Source of the DNA: Eledone cirrhosa
Taxonomy: Eukaryota
Reading direction: 5' to 3'
NCBI GenBank assembly: GCA_964016885.1
Contig: OZ024741.1
Span: forward strand, 408,146,001-408,210,000
Length of the DNA stretch: 64,000 bases
Position numbers and translations under genes: made by a program. Shown in pieces: positions 60,586 to 64,000 of this stretch. Within the stretch, counting starts at the first letter, position 1, and each line of letters starts with the position of its first letter. Below the pieces are notes generated by a model. It saw only the letters and a list, made by a program, of their open reading frames with translations, did no database searches and was not told the DNA's origin.

Positions 60586-63500
60586 TTGATGGCTGGGTAA
60601 CTGGAAGGTTAGCAGGTTTGTTGGCTAGATGCTAGGTAACTGGAAGGTTAGCTGGTTTGTTGGGTGGGTGGCTGGGTAACTGGAAGGTTAGCAGGTTTGT
60701 TGTGTGGATGGCTGAGTAACTGGAAGGTCAACAGGTTTGTTGGGTGGATGGCTGAGTAACTGGTAGGTTAACAGGTTTGTTTGGTGGGTGACTGGGTAAC
60801 TGGAAGGTTAACAGGTTTGTTGGGTGGATGGCTGGGTAACTGGAAGATTAACAGGTTTGTTGGGTGGATGGCTGGGTAACTGGAAGGTTAATAGGTTTGT
60901 TGGCTGGATGGCTGGGTAACTGGAAGGTTAGCAGGTTTGTTGGGTGGATGGCTGGGTACCGGAAGGTTAACAGGTTTTTTGGGTGGAGGGCTGGGTAACT
61001 GGAAGGTTTGCAGATTTCTTGGGTGGATGCCTGGGTAACTGGAAGTTTAGCAGGTTTGTTGGGTGGATGGCTGAGTAACTGGAAGGTTAGCAGTTTTGTT
61101 GGGTGGATGGCTGGGTAACTGGAAGATTAGCAGGTTTGTTGGGTGGGTGGCTGGGTAACTGGAAGATTAGCAGGTTTGTTGGGTGGATGGCTGGGTAACT
61201 GGGAGGTTAACAGGTCTGTTGGGTGGATGGCTGAGTAACTGGAAGGTTAACAGATTTGTTGGGTGGATGGCTGGGTAACTGGAAGGTTAACAGGTTTGTT
61301 GGGTGGATGGCTGGGTAACTGGAAGGTTAATAGGTTTGTTGGCTGGATGGCTGGGTAACTGGAAGGTTAGCAGGTTTGTTGGGTGGATGGCTGGGTACCG
61401 GAAGGTTAACAGGTTTTTTGGGTGGAGGGCTGGGTAACTGGTAGGTTAGCAGATTTGTTGGGTGGATGCCTGGGTAACTGGAAGTTTAGCAGTTTTGTTG
61501 GGTGCATGGCTGGGTTACTGGAAGGTTAGCAGGTTTGTTGGGTTGATGGCTGGGTAACTGGAAGGTTAGCAGGTTTGTTGGATGGATGGCTGGGTACTGA
61601 AAGGTTAGCAGGTTTGTTGGCTAGATGCTAGGTAACTGGAAGGTTAGCTGGTTTGTTGGGTGGGTGGCTGGGTAACTGGAAGGTTAGCAGGTTTGTTGTG
61701 TGGATGGCTGAGTAACTGGAAGGTCAACAGGTTTGTTGGGTGGATGGCTGAGTAACTGGTAGGTTAACAGGTTTGTTGGGTGGATGGCTGGGTAACTGGT
61801 AGGTTAACAGGTTTGTTTGGTGGGTGACTGGGTAACTGGAAGGTTAACAGGTTTGTTGGGTGGATGGCTGGGTAACTGGAAGATTAACAGGTTTGTTGGG
61901 TGGATGGCTGGGTAACTGGAAGGTTAATAGGTTTGTTGGCTGGATGGCTGGGTAACTGGAAGGTTAGCAGGTTTGTTGGGTGGATGGCTGGGTACCGGAA
62001 GGTTAACAGGTTTTTTGGGTGGAGGGCTGGGTAACTGGAAGGTTTGCAGATTTCTTGGGTGGATGCCTGGGTAACTGGAAGTTTAGCAGGTTTGTTGGGT
62101 GCATGGCTGGGTTACTGGAAGATTAGCAGGTTTGTTGGGTGGATGGCTGGGTAACTGGAAAGTTAGCAGGTTTGTTGGATGGATGGCTGGGTATTGAAAG
62201 GTTAGCAGGTTTGTTGGGTAGATGGCTAGGTAACTGGAAGTTTAGCTGGTTTGTTGGGTGGATGGCTGGGTAACTGGAAGGTTAGCAGGTTTGTTGGGTG
62301 GATGGCTGAGTAACTGGAAGGTTAGCAGTTTTGTTGGGTGGATGGCTGGGTAACTGGAAGATTAGCAGGTTTGTTGGGTGGATGGCTGGGTACCTGGAAG
62401 ATTAGCAGGTTTGTTGGGTGGATGGCTGGGTAACTGGAAGTTTAACAGGTCTGTTGGGTGGATGGCTGAGTAACTGGAAGGTTAACAGGTATGTTGGGTG
62501 GATGGCTGAGTAACTGGAAGGTTAGCAGGTTTGTTGGGTGGATGGCTGAGTAACTGGTAGGTTAACAGGTTTGTTTGGTGGGTGGCTGGGTAACTGGAAG
62601 ATTAACAGGTTTGTTGGGTGGATGGCTGGGTAACTGGAAGGTTAACAGGTAAGTTGGGTGGATGGTTGGGTAACTGGAAGGTTAACAGGTTTGTTGGGTG
62701 GATGGCTGGGTAACTGGAAGGTTAACAGGTTTGTTGGGTGGATGGCTGAGTAACTGGAAGGTTAGCAGGTTTGTTGGGTGGATGGCTGAGTAACTGGAAG
62801 GTTAACAGTTTTGTTGGGTGGATGGCTGAGTAACTGGAAGGTTAACAGTTTTGTTGGGTGGATGGCTGAGTCACTGGTAGGTTAACAGGTTTGTTTGGTG
62901 GGTGGCTGGTTAACTGGAAGATTAACAGGTTTGTTGGGTGGATGGCTGGGTATTTGGAAGGTTAACAGGTAAGTTGGGTGGAATGCTGGGTAACTGGAAG
63001 GTTAACTGGTTTGTTGGGTGGATGGCTGGTTAACTGGAAGGTTAATAGGTTTGTTGGGTGGATGGCTGAGTAACTGAAAGATTAATAGGTTTGTTGGGTG
63101 GATGGCTGAGTAACTGGAAGGTTAATAGGTTTGTTGGGTGGATGGCTGAGTAACTGGCAGGTTAATAGATTTGTTGGGTGGATGGCTGGGTAACTGGAAG
63201 GTTAGCAGTTTTGTTGGGTGGATGGCTGAGTAACTGGAAGGTTAACAGTTTTGTTGGGTGGATTCCTGGGTAACTGGAAGGTTAGCAGGTTTGTTGGGTG
63301 GATGGCTGAGTAACTGGAAGGTTAACAGGTTTGTTGGGTGGATGGCTGAGTAACTGGAAGGTTAATAGGTTTGTTGGGTGGATGGCTGGGTAACTGGAAG
63401 GTTAGCAGGTTTGTTGGGTGGATGGATGGGTAACTGGAACTTAGCAGGTTTGTTGGGTGGATGGCTGAGTAACTGGAAGGTTAACAGTTTTGTTGGGTGG

Positions 63501-64000
63501 ATTCATGGGTAACTGGAAGGTTAGCAGGATTGTTGGGTGGATGGCTGAGTAACTGGAAGGTTAACAGGTTTGTTGGGTGGATGGCTGAGTAACTGGAAGG
63601 TTAATAGGTATGTTGGGTGGATGGCTGGGTAACTCGAAGATTAGCATGTTTGTTGAGTGGATGGCTGGGTAACTGGAAGTTTAGCAGGTTTGTCGGGTGG
63701 ATGGCTGAGTAACTGGAAGGTAACAGGTTTGTTGGGTGGATGGCTGGGTGACTGGAAGGTTAGCAGGTTTGTTGGGTGGATGGCTGTGTAACTGGAAGAT
63801 TAACAGGTTTGTTGGGTGGATGGCTGGGTAACTGGAAGGTTAACAGGTAAGTTGGGTGGATGGCTGGGTAACTGGAAGGTTAACAGGTTTGTTGGGTGGA
63901 TGGCTGGGTAACTGGAAGGTTAATAGGTTTGTTGGCTGGATGGCTGGGGGACTGGAAGGTTAGCAGGTTTGTTGGGTGGATGGCTGGTTACCGGAAGGTT

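Larger units (their letters stand above)
1..64000 (+). repeat. Satellite/macro-minisatellite tandem array, 40-bp monomer, about 1,600 head-to-tail copies, truncated by both window edges
   Basis: Bases 1-40 GATGGCTGGGTAACTGGAAGGTTAACAGGTTTGTTGGGTG recur with 40-nt period to base 64000. Most copies differ by a few substitutions, with occasional 39-mers and rare 32/38/42-mers. Common dimorphisms are GGG/GAG at position 9 and AAC/AGC/AAT at positions 24-26. The G/T-rich strand is + throughout. Confidence 0.99.

Noticed and set aside
1-64000. CRISPR array
   Set aside because: Repeats are directly adjacent with no unique spacers, no leader and no cas genes.
1-64000. Telomeric repeat (G-rich strand, GGTTAG/GGGTTA words)
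   Set aside because: There are no tandem TTAGGG/TTAGG/TTTAGGG units. Inherited variants in kb-scale duplicated blocks indicate recombinational amplification rather than telomerase templating. A subtelomeric location is not excluded.
1-64000. Giant repetitive protein exon (mucin- or silk-like)
   Set aside because: The period is not a multiple of 3, stops occur on both strands, and frameshifting 39-mers are common.
1-64000. Variant pattern (GGG/GAG; AAC/AGC/AAT) as an encoded message or diversity-generating cassette system
   Set aside because: The pattern is explained by mutation followed by nested duplication. No recombinase, reverse transcriptase, expression site or other machinery is present in the window.
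1-64000. Transposon insertions, inversions or unique islands hidden in the array
   Set aside because: Reading through the window, I found no departure from the monomer longer than about 10 nt and no C-rich (inverted) segment. A very small insertion could have been missed by eye.

Overview
The whole 64-kb window is one uninterrupted head-to-tail tandem array of a 40-bp monomer (about 1,600 copies; consensus GATGGCTG[G/A]GTAACTGGAAGGTTA[A/G]CAGGTTTGTTGGGTG). It starts and ends inside the array, and I saw no inversion, insertion or unique sequence. There are no credible genes, RNA genes, mobile elements or CRISPR arrays; the listed ORFs are chance read-throughs of the repeat. I cannot name the organism or the repeat family, though it looks like eukaryotic satellite DNA. 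The information lies in the layered structure: (i) the monomer parses into ten 4-nt blocks resembling a decayed (TGGN)n microsatellite with an internal 12-nt duplication; (ii) diagnostic variants recur in fixed order as two higher-order cassettes, one close to a 16-mer of about 638 bp; (iii) these are overlaid by nested tandem duplications with measured offsets of about 0.16, 0.36, 0.56, 1.04, 1.36, 2.62, 3.1, 3.79, 5.0 and 12.2 kb. I found no evidence of a novel gene-encoded system. Offsets were read by eye from rare variant markers, and block boundaries are approximate (plus or minus 1-3 monomers).
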